A stretch of 64,000 nt of DNA from Verrucomicrobiales bacterium. Lineage in GTDB: Bacteria; Verrucomicrobiota; Verrucomicrobiia; Verrucomicrobiales; V1-33. The stretch spans positions 1 through 64,000 of the forward strand of contig JANOAV010000181.1 of NCBI GenBank assembly GCA_031411295.1. The letters run 5' to 3'. A program made the position numbers and the translations under genes. Numbering within the stretch: position 1 is the stretch's first letter; each line of letters opens with the position of its first letter. Positions 8,855 through 18,013 of the stretch are shown here, piece by piece. The notes under the pieces were generated by a model, which saw only the letters and a list, made by a program, of their open reading frames with translations, made no database searches and was not told the DNA's origin.

Positions 8855-10069
8855 TTATTTAGCGACTCCAATCTCCGAGAAGCATGCGTCCAGCCACTGG
8901 GTGACAGAGAAATTCCCCACTGAAGCCGCCGCATTGTCCTGCAAGCGCTTTGCCAGGGGTGGATCCGACGCCAAGGCAAAGAGCAGCGCGGACAAATGAT
9001 CCTCATCCCACGGGTGAAACGTGTAGCCGTTCACGTGATTTTTCACCACCTCATGCGCCCCAGCCCTCGAGCTGCACAGCACGGGTGCCCCCGCCGCCAG
9101 GGCTTCATTGACGGTCATCCCCCATTGGTCATGGGTGCTGGCCAGCAATAACGCCACGGACAATCGATTCGCCCGCGGCACTTGCTGATAGGGCAGCCAC
9201 GTGCGCAGTTGAATCCATGGCTCCATTCCCAATTGAGAAATTTCCGCACGATACTCCGCTTCGCACGGGCCTTGGCCGCAAATGATGAGATGGGCAGGTT
9301 CGCGCTGCTGAGCTACTAACCGGGCATGGGATTTGGCAAAAGCGCGCAGCACCATCACGGCATTTTTCTTGGGGATAAACCGAATTGGCATAAAGAAATA
9401 CCGTTCCTCTGCGGCCACTCCCAGATGTTGCCGGATCAACTCGTCGTTGCCTCCATCCTCCGCCATGCGCGCAATCTCCGCATTATCCACAATGTCCCAT
9501 CCTCCCAGATAGGTAGGTTTGCTGGCTCCGCCCAGGAAGCGACTATACTCCGCACACTCCCGGCCCGGGCACATGAAGAAATCATAGCGTCGCATCATTT
9601 GCCCTTTGGCGAATTCCAACCAAAGGTGCTTGGCGAACGACTCCGCGTCATTGAATCGGGAGTCGTGCAAAACGCCTACCCGGCCTCGGGTAAAAATCGA
9701 AGCCAATGCCATAATCATACTTTCTGGGCGATCATAACCCCCGGCAAATGTCACGTGGGGGCGACGCTTCAGGTAATGAGCCAGCACTTTGAAACTTGTT
9801 TTGACGGTCGTCCACTTCAACCAAGTTCCGAAGCCCAGTCCGCGAAATTTATCCGTCAACGCCCGCACTGGCACCCCACCATAAAGTTCGGAAAGTTGCC
9901 CTGCTTCCCACTGATAGCTCGTTTCCTCAAGGGCGATGAGTAACACTTCCAACTCGATTTGCGCAGCCAGACCCCGCCGTTCAATTTCGCGTTGAAGCTC
10001 CCGCACACGAAATGCCAAATAGGGCGTGTGAGTGTCAAAAGTGATGAGGATACGTTGAGCCTTGGACAT
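8855..10069 (-). CDS. Glycosyltransferase family 4 (GT-B)
   Basis: RFIPKKN, GQGP, LLLASTHDQWGMTVNEALAAGAPVLCS. Start taken at MSKAQRI. Confidence 0.88.
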   Translation of the reverse strand: MSKAQRILITFDTHTPYLAFRVRELQREIERRGLAAQIELEVLLIALEETSYQWEAGQLSELYGGVPVRALTDKFRGLGFGTWLKWTTVKTSFKVLAHYLKRRPHVTFAGGYDRPESMIMALASIFTRGRVGVLHDSRFNDAESFAKHLWLEFAKGQMMRRYDFFMCPGRECAEYSRFLGGASKPTYLGGWDIVDNAEIARMAEDGGNDELIRQHLGVAAEERYFFMPIRFIPKKNAVMVLRAFAKSHARLVAQQREPAHLIICGQGPCEAEYRAEISQLGMEPWIQLRTWLPYQQVPRANRLSVALLLASTHDQWGMTVNEALAAGAPVLCSSRAGAHEVVKNHVNGYTFHPWDEDHLSALLFALASDPPLAKRLQDNAAASVGNFSVTQWLDACFSEIGVAK

Positions 10070-10467
10070 GAATTTTAAAGAGATCCACAATTTCCATGAA
10101 ATCAGAGTTTGTTCAAGTGCGATTAGCCAGAGGCTTTGGTTCTGAAAGCATGCCGGTTCCAAGCAAAGCAGGTTCTGCCATAATCATTAGCCTACACAAA
10201 TGATTAAATTGTCCAAATGAATGTAAATTTTCCAAATTTAGGAAATTCAGGAGGATCAACTGTGTTTTCTAGAACAATGCGTCATCGAAAAATAGGCCTA
10301 GCGAAATGGATATCCCTTTCGTTTCTGAGAAAACGGATCACATTTGCTCTGTATTGCCGAGAATTAGCCCCATCCGCTTAAAAGAAAGTGCAGATTCTCA
10401 AAATTGTTTCTTGAAATTATAATTATTACTGATTATAGTCCCGATATAACAACTCAATTCAATTTCC

Positions 10468-10704
10468 ATGACCACTATAGCCGAACCAACTGAAGAGCGC
10501 GCCCGCCAAGCGGACAAGATCGTCAAGAATCCGACGCAGTATAAGATCTGCGAGGGATGCGATTCTATCGTCATGGCCAAGAGCGCAGTGTGTCCGAATT
10601 GCGCCAGTTATCGATTCGAAGAAGGAGTGCTGCAAATTATTCGCCAAGCGCGTGTCCTGGGGTTGCGTCAGCGGACCACGGTATTGGCTTCAGACCTGCA
10701 TTAA
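10468..10704 (+). CDS. Small zinc-ribbon-like protein
   Basis: 78 aa with CEGC-x10-CPNC, downstream of an AT-rich intergenic region. Confidence 0.7.
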   Translation: MTTIAEPTEERARQADKIVKNPTQYKICEGCDSIVMAKSAVCPNCASYRFEEGVLQIIRQARVLGLRQRTTVLASDLH

Positions 10705-10726
10705 CCGGGTCCAAACCGCTTCCATG

Positions 10727-11980
10727 CTACCCGAGTGCCGCAGCCACAAACACAGGGGCAGCCAAATCCGCTGAGGAGAGCGGAAAGTAGGCGCTATCGG
10801 CGGCCAGGAGTCGGGCGGCCAGGAGTTCATCCTGGCAGGAAATGATGACCGGTAGCGGAGACTTGGAATTGCGATGATCTGTTAGGCTGCGGGCGCGCAG
10901 GGCGATTTCCAAGTTAATGCCATCAGCGGAAGTGACTGCCAGCACGGCGCGCGCGCGGTCGATACCGGCCCGCAGCAAGGCTTCCGCTCCGGTGGCATCT
11001 CCTTCAATGATGGGCACGTCGGAGGTCAGGGGGATGGACTCCATCCGGGCATGGTCCATTTCCACGCAAACGACAGGGATGCCACGCTCTTGCAATTGCT
11101 TGAGCACGGCCAAGCCGAGGGTTCCCATGCCAGCGATGATGACGTGGTCCTGGCACCGCCGGGCGGCCCGCTCGTGCTGTTGGCGCGAGGCTTCTCCGGT
11201 GATGAGAAAGTGGCTGAAGAGAGATACGAGCAGGGCGATCAAGGTCACGCCAGCGAGCATGAGCAACATCCCGAATGCCTGCACCCAGGCCGGATCGCTC
11301 TGTAAATTGATATCGCCAAATCCCACTGTAGTTAGGACCGTCATGGTAAAGTAAGTGGCGGTCATCCAGGGAATGTCCTTGGCGTAATGGAAGACGAGGG
11401 TGCCGCTCACCAGACAGACTGCCAGCAGTGTCAACACCAGCAGTTGCCACGATCGTCTCCGCCGCGATTCGCGCTGGGTGGCCCGGGGGATGGGGTTACT
11501 TTGGGTGGAGGCAGCTAAGGAGGAGGTAACAAACTGAGCGGCGGAGAGGGCTGCAGGGCACAACGCGGCATGCAGGGCGAAGTCCGACTGGAGCCGATGG
11601 CCCAGATGCGGGGCATCCACCCGCGTCACCACCCGAAGCTGGGGAGCGAGTCGTTTCACGCGAATGGAGGTTTCCAGATTCCGACTGTCATCGGCACTGG
11701 TGATGGCTGCGGCTTGGGCTTCGGCCGCACCCGCTGCGGTCCAGAGTTCTGGGTCGCGAAAATCTCCCAGAAACAACTCGGCCCCATGCTCGCGCGCCGT
11801 GTGGACGTGCCAACTGGGGCAGCTCACATCTGTAATGACTCTCACCGCTACTCCCTGGGCCCGCAATCGCAGCACGATACTGAGTCCCAATCGTCCCAGC
11901 CCGGCCACGATGATAGGGCGCGTGTCTGTTTCCTGGCCATCACTTGACGGCAGGGTAGGATCGGGAGGTGGTTGATTCAT
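10727..11980 (-). CDS. Potassium channel with two TrkA-N/RCK domains
   Basis: Selectivity filter TTVGFGD between two TM helices. Rossmann motifs IIVAGLGRLG and VIIAGMGTLG. Confidence 0.9.
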   Translation of the reverse strand: MNQPPPDPTLPSSDGQETDTRPIIVAGLGRLGLSIVLRLRAQGVAVRVITDVSCPSWHVHTAREHGAELFLGDFRDPELWTAAGAAEAQAAAITSADDSRNLETSIRVKRLAPQLRVVTRVDAPHLGHRLQSDFALHAALCPAALSAAQFVTSSLAASTQSNPIPRATQRESRRRRSWQLLVLTLLAVCLVSGTLVFHYAKDIPWMTATYFTMTVLTTVGFGDINLQSDPAWVQAFGMLLMLAGVTLIALLVSLFSHFLITGEASRQQHERAARRCQDHVIIAGMGTLGLAVLKQLQERGIPVVCVEMDHARMESIPLTSDVPIIEGDATGAEALLRAGIDRARAVLAVTSADGINLEIALRARSLTDHRNSKSPLPVIISCQDELLAARLLAADSAYFPLSSADLAAPVFVAAALG

Positions 11981-12022
11981 ACATGGAAACAAAGCCCAAC
12001 CCGACGAGGTCTGCAAGCGCGG

Positions 12023-13438
12023 CTAGAGCATGGGTGCCAGCGGTCGGCAGATGGCTTCACCAATTTTCTGGCGCAGGGGACGATGTCTGAATTTTTCCCA
12101 GAGCACGGGTTTGGCATCCTTGAAATCCAGTTCCATCATTTCCTCAATTTGGTGAATAATTTCCTCGCCAGCCATGAGCAAGTTCAGTTCAAAATTGATG
12201 CGCAGCGAGCGGATATCCATGTTGGCGCTGCCGACCATGGCATACCGACTATCGATGATGGAAACTTTGGCGTGGAGCATCCGAGGCTGATACTCGAAGA
12301 TCTGCACCCCGTGGGGCAAGAGTTCCTCATAGTAACTGCGGGTGACCGCCGTTAGGTAAGCATGGTCTCCCTGCCGGGGGACCATGATGCGGACCTCGAC
12401 GCCACGCATGGCAGCCAGTTGCAGCGCGGCCATGAGCGGTGGTTCGGGCACAAAATACGGCGTCATGATCCAGATGCGATGCTGCGCGCGATGGAGCAGC
12501 GAGAGCAGGGAGAGCTGAATTTCGTTTAAATCGTTATCCGGTCCACCGGCTACGAGTTGCACGGAGTTATTGCCGGAGGCCGTGGGCACGGGATAGTATT
12601 GTGCTGAGGCCAGAGATTCCCGAGTGGCGAAATACCAGTCTTGGGCGAATTGCTGCATCAACTGAGTGACCGCCGGTCCCTGCACGGCTACTTGCAGATC
12701 ACGATAAGGCCGGTGGCGGCCCGCGCCCTTCCAGTATTCGTCTCCGACGTTCATGCCTCCGGTTAGGGCAATGCTGCCATCCGCTACGACCAGTTTCCCG
12801 TGGTTGCGCAGGTTGAGATGAAACGATCCCTTCAGCGGCGCGAAGGTCCCGAACCAGGCGAATTTTCCGCCTGCGGCAAGCAGGTCTTTGAAGAAGGAGC
12901 GACGGAGCTTCACGCTGCCCACCTCATCCAGCAACAGGCGCACTTTGACGCCCCGGCGGGCTGCGCTAATCAAGGCATCCCGCAACGTCCGGCCCGTGGC
13001 ATCGGGGTGCCAGATGTAGAATTGCAAACATAAATGGTGCTGGGCTGCGGCAATGATTTCCAACAGGCGAGGGAAGAAGTAAACGCCATCTGGCAGCAAC
13101 TCCAAGTGGTTCCCCTGGCTGGAAGGCACCTTGTTGATGTGGTATAACTCCGGCCACTCTTTGCCCAGATCAGGCCCCCGGCCTTCCGCCGCCAGGGCTT
13201 CTCCGGTCGGATGCACCTCGTTGCGAAAGGCTTCCACGAGGCGCAATCGCTTCCGCTGCACGCGCTCGGAGCCAAACAAAAGGAATCCGAGCGCTCCCAC
13301 CACTGGCAGCAACAGAATGGCCCACATCCATGCCAGAATGGCCACCGGGGTCTTGGTCCGTTGCGCCAATACCAGTGGAATCAATCCCCAGGTTAGCACC
13401 CAGATGACGATCAGCTCAATAATCACCCAATTACTCAT
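12023..13438 (-). CDS. cls: Cardiolipin synthase
   Basis: Two N-terminal TMs and two HKD motifs (RNHGKLVVADG; MLHAKVSIIDS...GSANMDIRS..INFE). Confidence 0.93.
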   Translation of the reverse strand: MSNWVIIELIVIWVLTWGLIPLVLAQRTKTPVAILAWMWAILLLPVVGALGFLLFGSERVQRKRLRLVEAFRNEVHPTGEALAAEGRGPDLGKEWPELYHINKVPSSQGNHLELLPDGVYFFPRLLEIIAAAQHHLCLQFYIWHPDATGRTLRDALISAARRGVKVRLLLDEVGSVKLRRSFFKDLLAAGGKFAWFGTFAPLKGSFHLNLRNHGKLVVADGSIALTGGMNVGDEYWKGAGRHRPYRDLQVAVQGPAVTQLMQQFAQDWYFATRESLASAQYYPVPTASGNNSVQLVAGGPDNDLNEIQLSLLSLLHRAQHRIWIMTPYFVPEPPLMAALQLAAMRGVEVRIMVPRQGDHAYLTAVTRSYYEELLPHGVQIFEYQPRMLHAKVSIIDSRYAMVGSANMDIRSLRINFELNLLMAGEEIIHQIEEMMELDFKDAKPVLWEKFRHRPLRQKIGEAICRPLAPML

Positions 13439-13516
13439 GAATCACACTATGCCGCATTCCCGCAGCTTGGCGATGGATTTTGTTTTCTTCCCAGCGCGTG
13501 GAAGCTGAGATCCGCT

Positions 13517-14767
13517 TCAAGGTTGGTGTCGGCGCACCAATTCGGCGGGGAGTTTGAAATGCTTATGGTTGCTGTAAGCCAGATTCAGCAGCATTTGCGC
13601 AGCGATGATGTAGAAGCTTTGGGCCCAGGCCAGTGGCGTGTTGTGTCCCACCTGATCGCCCACATACATTTCCGGCACGTAACCTTCCGGGGTCATGGTG
13701 GACTCCAGGAGTTGAAAATACTCGACCGCCTGGTTGAAGTATTTCGTGCGTTCCTCCCAGCCTAAAGGACGATCATCTCCTGCGGGTGATTTCACGATGT
13801 TGTATTCGGCCAGCTTGCTGTAGCAAATGGACAGCCAAGCCAAGCCCAGCGGCCACTCGGCGGTCTCGCCTTCCAAAGGGACGAGACCTTTGCCGCAGTA
13901 AATGTCGTTGGGATAGCGTCGCACGCCCCGTTTGCCCAACAGGTGGGTCTCCACATTTTGCAGCACGGTTTGCTTCATTTCGAAGTCGATGATGCTATAC
14001 GGCCAGATGAGGCTGAGTTGGGCTAGATCGTAGGGGCGGGTGGGGGATTCGGTGGGGAGAAGTTTCGTCAGGGCGGCACGGCCCTCCGCCACGAGGCGTT
14101 CGCTCACGGGGACGTAGTCACTGATGGGGACGTTGGTGCGGTATTTGTATTCGTAATAACCCTGATCGAACCACATGGTTAATCCCGCCAGGACGGCCCC
14201 AAAACTGCTGGAATGATCCTCCGGCCCTTCTTCCCACATGCCAAAATCTTCCTCGAAGCCCATGTTCAGAATGTAATTCCGAATATGGCTGATGAGGGTG
14301 AAATCTTCGGAGGTGAAGCGGAAGCCGTATCCTTTCTTGATCAGATCACCCATCTTATACATGAACAATCCAAAGACATCGAGTTGGTGGTGCCCCCAGT
14401 CATCGGTGATCGTTTCCAGGGAGGCGGGATGCACGCGGGCCGGCATGAATTTTCCGCGCTGATTTAACAAATGAGGCTTCACCACCGAGGCGCGGATAAT
14501 GGGCAAGTGGTGACGCTTGAAAATATCCATCACGAGACGAAAGCTAGACACCATTTTGTCAAAGCATCCGAGATATTCGTTGGCATAGGTCGCGAACATG
14601 ATATCGCGAATCCAGAAGACGTTATAAGCATCGCCTGATCCATCATCGGCCGAGTAGGGGCTTGCGATGTAGCCACCATTGGGGCGGCGGAGTTGTTCGA
14701 GGATGTCGTAGGCCGCAGCAACGCGGCGTTCGAGCGGAAGTTTGTGGAATGAGTTGGGCATGGGCAA
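13517..14767 (-). CDS. GH15 (glucoamylase-like) protein resembling phosphorylase kinase alpha/beta N-terminal domain
   Basis: YNVFWIRD, WGHHQLD, DFGMWEEG, GVRRYPNDIY, AEWPLGLAW, YVPEMY, PLAWAQS. Confidence 0.8.
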   Translation of the reverse strand: MPMPNSFHKLPLERRVAAAYDILEQLRRPNGGYIASPYSADDGSGDAYNVFWIRDIMFATYANEYLGCFDKMVSSFRLVMDIFKRHHLPIIRASVVKPHLLNQRGKFMPARVHPASLETITDDWGHHQLDVFGLFMYKMGDLIKKGYGFRFTSEDFTLISHIRNYILNMGFEEDFGMWEEGPEDHSSSFGAVLAGLTMWFDQGYYEYKYRTNVPISDYVPVSERLVAEGRAALTKLLPTESPTRPYDLAQLSLIWPYSIIDFEMKQTVLQNVETHLLGKRGVRRYPNDIYCGKGLVPLEGETAEWPLGLAWLSICYSKLAEYNIVKSPAGDDRPLGWEERTKYFNQAVEYFQLLESTMTPEGYVPEMYVGDQVGHNTPLAWAQSFYIIAAQMLLNLAYSNHKHFKLPAELVRRHQP

Positions 14768-14877
14768 TGGGGAAAGTGCGATTTAGGGATCCACGATGTA
14801 GCATGGATTCGGCCAAACGTCGCGCGAGGAGGTGTTTTTTTCGTGAAATTAGCGGTCCCTCCGACCCAGCCCGCAGA

Positions 14878-15486
14878 CTAACGCTTAATGAGTGCCCGCA
14901 GTTTCCCCAGTCCACGCCGAATGCGGGCCTTGACGGTTCCGAGCGGGGCTCCGGTGCGCTCCGCGATTTCAGCTTGGGTCAGGCCTTCGAAGAACGCGAG
15001 TTGGATGGCTTGGCGCTGCTCTGGAGCTAGTTGCATCACGGCTGTTCGGGTTTCGAGCGCTATTTCTGCGCCCTCCACCTCGCCAGAAGGAGAGGGAGCT
15101 GCCCAACCTTTCTCCATTTGCGGCTCCTGCTCGAAATGGTCGTTGAGGCGATTCCTCCGATCCCGACTGCGGAATTTATCGATCGCCCGATTCCGCGCCA
15201 AGGTGGTGAGCCAAGTCGTGGGCTTGCCGCGCTCCTCGCTGTAGAGATCAGCCTTTTTCCACAACTGGGCGAACACTTCCTGGACCGTGTCCTCGGCGTC
15301 CTGCTGTTGATGCAGCACTTGGTAAACGGTTCCGAAAACCATGCCTGAAAAGCGACGGTGCAATTCTTGGAAAGCCACACGATCTTTGGCGGCTACCCGA
15401 CGGAAGAGGCTGCGAATTTCCTCGTAATCTTCCATCGAGATGGCTGAGGCGGAGGACAAAAGTGGGTTTGTTTCGTTAGTAGTCAT
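14878..15486 (-). CDS. ECF sigma factor, SigK-like
   Basis: DAEDTVQEVFAQLW...WLTTLARNRAIDKFR; EQRQAIQLAFFEGLTQAEIAERTGAPLGTVKARIRRG. Confidence 0.93.
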   Translation of the reverse strand: MTTNETNPLLSSASAISMEDYEEIRSLFRRVAAKDRVAFQELHRRFSGMVFGTVYQVLHQQQDAEDTVQEVFAQLWKKADLYSEERGKPTTWLTTLARNRAIDKFRSRDRRNRLNDHFEQEPQMEKGWAAPSPSGEVEGAEIALETRTAVMQLAPEQRQAIQLAFFEGLTQAEIAERTGAPLGTVKARIRRGLGKLRALIKR

Positions 15487-15566
15487 ATGGTTCGATTGAG
15501 TATGTCTAATTTATGTCTCAGTTTTGTCTGGTCTGCAAGTTAATTTCTGCTTTTTTTCTTTTGGGC

Positions 15567-15593
15567 GTTCGAAACGAGGAAAGCGACGGATTC
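15567..15593 (-). promoter_or_regulatory. Putative autoregulatory SigK-type ECF promoter
   Basis: Minus strand GAATCC-N16-CGAAC about 80 nt upstream of the sigma gene start. Confidence 0.5.
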
Positions 15594-15679
15594 ACTCGAA
15601 GTTCTGCAAGGGATCGTCTGCGTTGGTTTTTCCTGAACTTTCCTTTGGCAGGGGACGGGAGTAGCGGGATGGTGGTGGT

Positions 15680-16669
15680 ATGATTTCGCGAAATGTAACC
15701 TTGGCAGAATTTGGCAAACCAGAGTCGGTCGTCCGCATGCAACCGGCTGAGGCAACCGCCCCGCAGGCTGGGGAAATTCGTTTACGCACCAAGTTTGCGC
15801 CTGTTAATCCAGCGGACATCAATATCATGGAGGGCACCTATGGCTCGCTGCCGACCTTGCCAGCAGCCATCGGAAATGAAGCAGCGGGAATCGTGGAAAG
15901 CATGGGCGAGGGAGTGACGGAGTTTGTGCCAGGAGATCTGGTGCTGCCCGTAAGCGCTCGTGGATTATGGCAGGAGTATTTGACGGTGCCTGCGGCCCAA
16001 TGTGTCAAGTTGCCCCCGGGCATCGATCTGGCGCAAGCAGCCATGCTGCGGGTGAATCCGGCTACCGCTTGGATCATGCTAACGAATTTCCGCGGGCTCT
16101 CCCCGGGAGATTGGGTGGTGCAGAATGCCGCCAATTCTGCGGTTGGACTGAGTGTGATGCAATTGGCCCGCACGGAAGGTTGGCGGGTCTTGAATCTGGT
16201 GCGGCGGGCCGATGCCGCAGCGCAATGCCGCGCGTTGGGGGCGGAGTATGTGCTCCGTGAGGACGATCCGGCCTGGAAAGAGCAGGCGGCGGAAATGATG
16301 GGTTCACAGCGTGCGAAGCTGGCGCTCAATGCCGTTGGCGGAGAGAGCGCGTTGCGCGTGGCGAGCTTGCTGGAGGACGAAGGGATCCATGTGACTTACG
16401 GAGCCATGAGCCGCCAAAAGGTCAGCGTGCCGAATCGCTTTCTGATCTTTCAAAATTTAACCTTTACCGGCTTCTGGCTCAGTCGGTGGATGAGGCAAGC
16501 CAGTGTGGAGAAAATTTCCTTACTGTATGAACTCCTGGCCCAGCACGTGCTCACCGGATCCTTGCAATTGCCAATTGCGCAGACCTTCCCCGTGGAGGAA
16601 ATCACCGCTGCCGTGACCGCGGCACAGCTGAGTCAGCGCTCTGGCAAAATTCTGTTGTCCTGGCTCTAA
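15680..16669 (+). CDS. 2-enoyl thioester reductase (MDR family, ETR/MECR-like)
   Basis: APVNPADINIMEGTY, GNEAAG, VNPATA, WVVQNAANSAVG, LALNAVGGESA, VTYGAMS. Confidence 0.9.
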   Translation: MISRNVTLAEFGKPESVVRMQPAEATAPQAGEIRLRTKFAPVNPADINIMEGTYGSLPTLPAAIGNEAAGIVESMGEGVTEFVPGDLVLPVSARGLWQEYLTVPAAQCVKLPPGIDLAQAAMLRVNPATAWIMLTNFRGLSPGDWVVQNAANSAVGLSVMQLARTEGWRVLNLVRRADAAAQCRALGAEYVLREDDPAWKEQAAEMMGSQRAKLALNAVGGESALRVASLLEDEGIHVTYGAMSRQKVSVPNRFLIFQNLTFTGFWLSRWMRQASVEKISLLYELLAQHVLTGSLQLPIAQTFPVEEITAAVTAAQLSQRSGKILLSWL

Positions 16670-16685
16670 AATCCAAATTTCCCCC

Positions 16686-17225
16686 ATGTCCTCCGAAGAT
16701 CCGTCCATCCAATTTCCGCCCCCCGATTTCATTGACTTTGCGAGCGATGAATTCTTCATGCGCCAAGCTTTGAATCAAGCGGAGCGCGCCTATGCCAGGG
16801 AAGAAGTTCCCGTGGGAGCAGTGATCGTGCGGGAAGGGCGCATCATTGCCCGGGCCTTCAACCAAGTGGAAACCTTGAAGGATGCCACGGCTCACGCCGA
16901 AATGTTAGTCCTGACTCAGGCCGAGGGCGTGGTGGAGGATTGGCGGCTGGTGGATTGTGATTTATATGTTACCAAGGAACCCTGCGTCATGTGTGCCGGA
17001 GCCATCATGCACTGTCGGATTCGGCGGGTGATCTACGGCTGCGCAGATGCCAAATCCGGGGCTGCTGGCGGGGGTTTCATCAACTTGCTCCAGCACGAGA
17101 ATTTGAACCATCGCAGCGAAGTCACTGGCGGCGTGCTGGCGGATGCCAGTAGAGGGTTATTAAAAGAATTTTTTGGTGAACGACGCAAGGCCGCAGCTAC
17201 GCTACGGATAGAGTCATCCCCCTAA
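16686..17225 (+). CDS. tadA: tRNA adenosine(34) deaminase
   Basis: EVPVGAVIV, DATAHAEM, LYVTKEPCVMCAGAI. Confidence 0.93.
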   Translation: MSSEDPSIQFPPPDFIDFASDEFFMRQALNQAERAYAREEVPVGAVIVREGRIIARAFNQVETLKDATAHAEMLVLTQAEGVVEDWRLVDCDLYVTKEPCVMCAGAIMHCRIRRVIYGCADAKSGAAGGGFINLLQHENLNHRSEVTGGVLADASRGLLKEFFGERRKAAATLRIESSP

Positions 17226-17257
17226 ATATTGTGCAGCTTCCCTCCTTCCTTCCCCTC

Positions 17258-17896
17258 ATGCGCCTAACCATCTTACCCACCGGAGATATTTCCTTCACCA
17301 ATCTGCATCCGCTGGAAGCAGGCGCGCTGCTGGCCATCCCGCATCACGCCAACGCCACGGATGCCCCCGGCGTGGAGGAGCGACTCTATCCGCCGCTCAC
17401 GGCCAATCCCGAAGAAGGGGAGCACGACCCGTTCGAAACCGCCCGGGACCAGGAAGACTGGGAGGAATTCGTGGTGCCGGAGTTGCGTGAACTTTTTGAG
17501 GGCTCGGTCGCCCGTGTGCGCGAGACGCTCAAACAACTCACGCCCGCCCCCTACGATGCCTCCATTGATGATGATGATGACGAGGAAGACGACGAGGAAG
17601 AGGAGGAGGAAGACGAAAACGGTGACGATGACGTGGACAGTGCCTTGAAACTTCAGGAAGCATCGCCCCCGGTCGAACTGAATCAGTTGCCCAACTTTAA
17701 ACTAACGATTCCCCGTGAGCAAGCCGACGATTGGTTCCGTGCCATGAATCAGGCCCGCCTCCTCATGGCCCAGAAGTCGCTCTGGATCGAAGAGAACGGC
17801 AACCTCCACGGTCCGTTCCTGGACCAGATTCATTACGAAATCTACACCGCCGTGCAGGAATGGCTGGTGCAGAATGTGCTGTCAGATTCTGTGTAA
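17258..17896 (+). CDS. DUF2017-like protein with acidic tract
   Basis: RLYPP, DWEEFVVPELRELF, ADDWFRAMNQARL. Poly-D/E tract at about 17567-17632. Start is uncertain (17231 or 17258). Confidence 0.65.
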   Translation: MRLTILPTGDISFTNLHPLEAGALLAIPHHANATDAPGVEERLYPPLTANPEEGEHDPFETARDQEDWEEFVVPELRELFEGSVARVRETLKQLTPAPYDASIDDDDDEEDDEEEEEEDENGDDDVDSALKLQEASPPVELNQLPNFKLTIPREQADDWFRAMNQARLLMAQKSLWIEENGNLHGPFLDQIHYEIYTAVQEWLVQNVLSDSV

Positions 17897-18013
17897 GACT
17901 TTGTCGAAGGATTGTGTCACGAGCCTGCGGGGCGCACATGAAGATTTTTTAAAAATTCGACTAGCGCAGGCGGATTATTTTGATACGTCGCAGGTAATCA
18001 ATTTACTAAGCGC

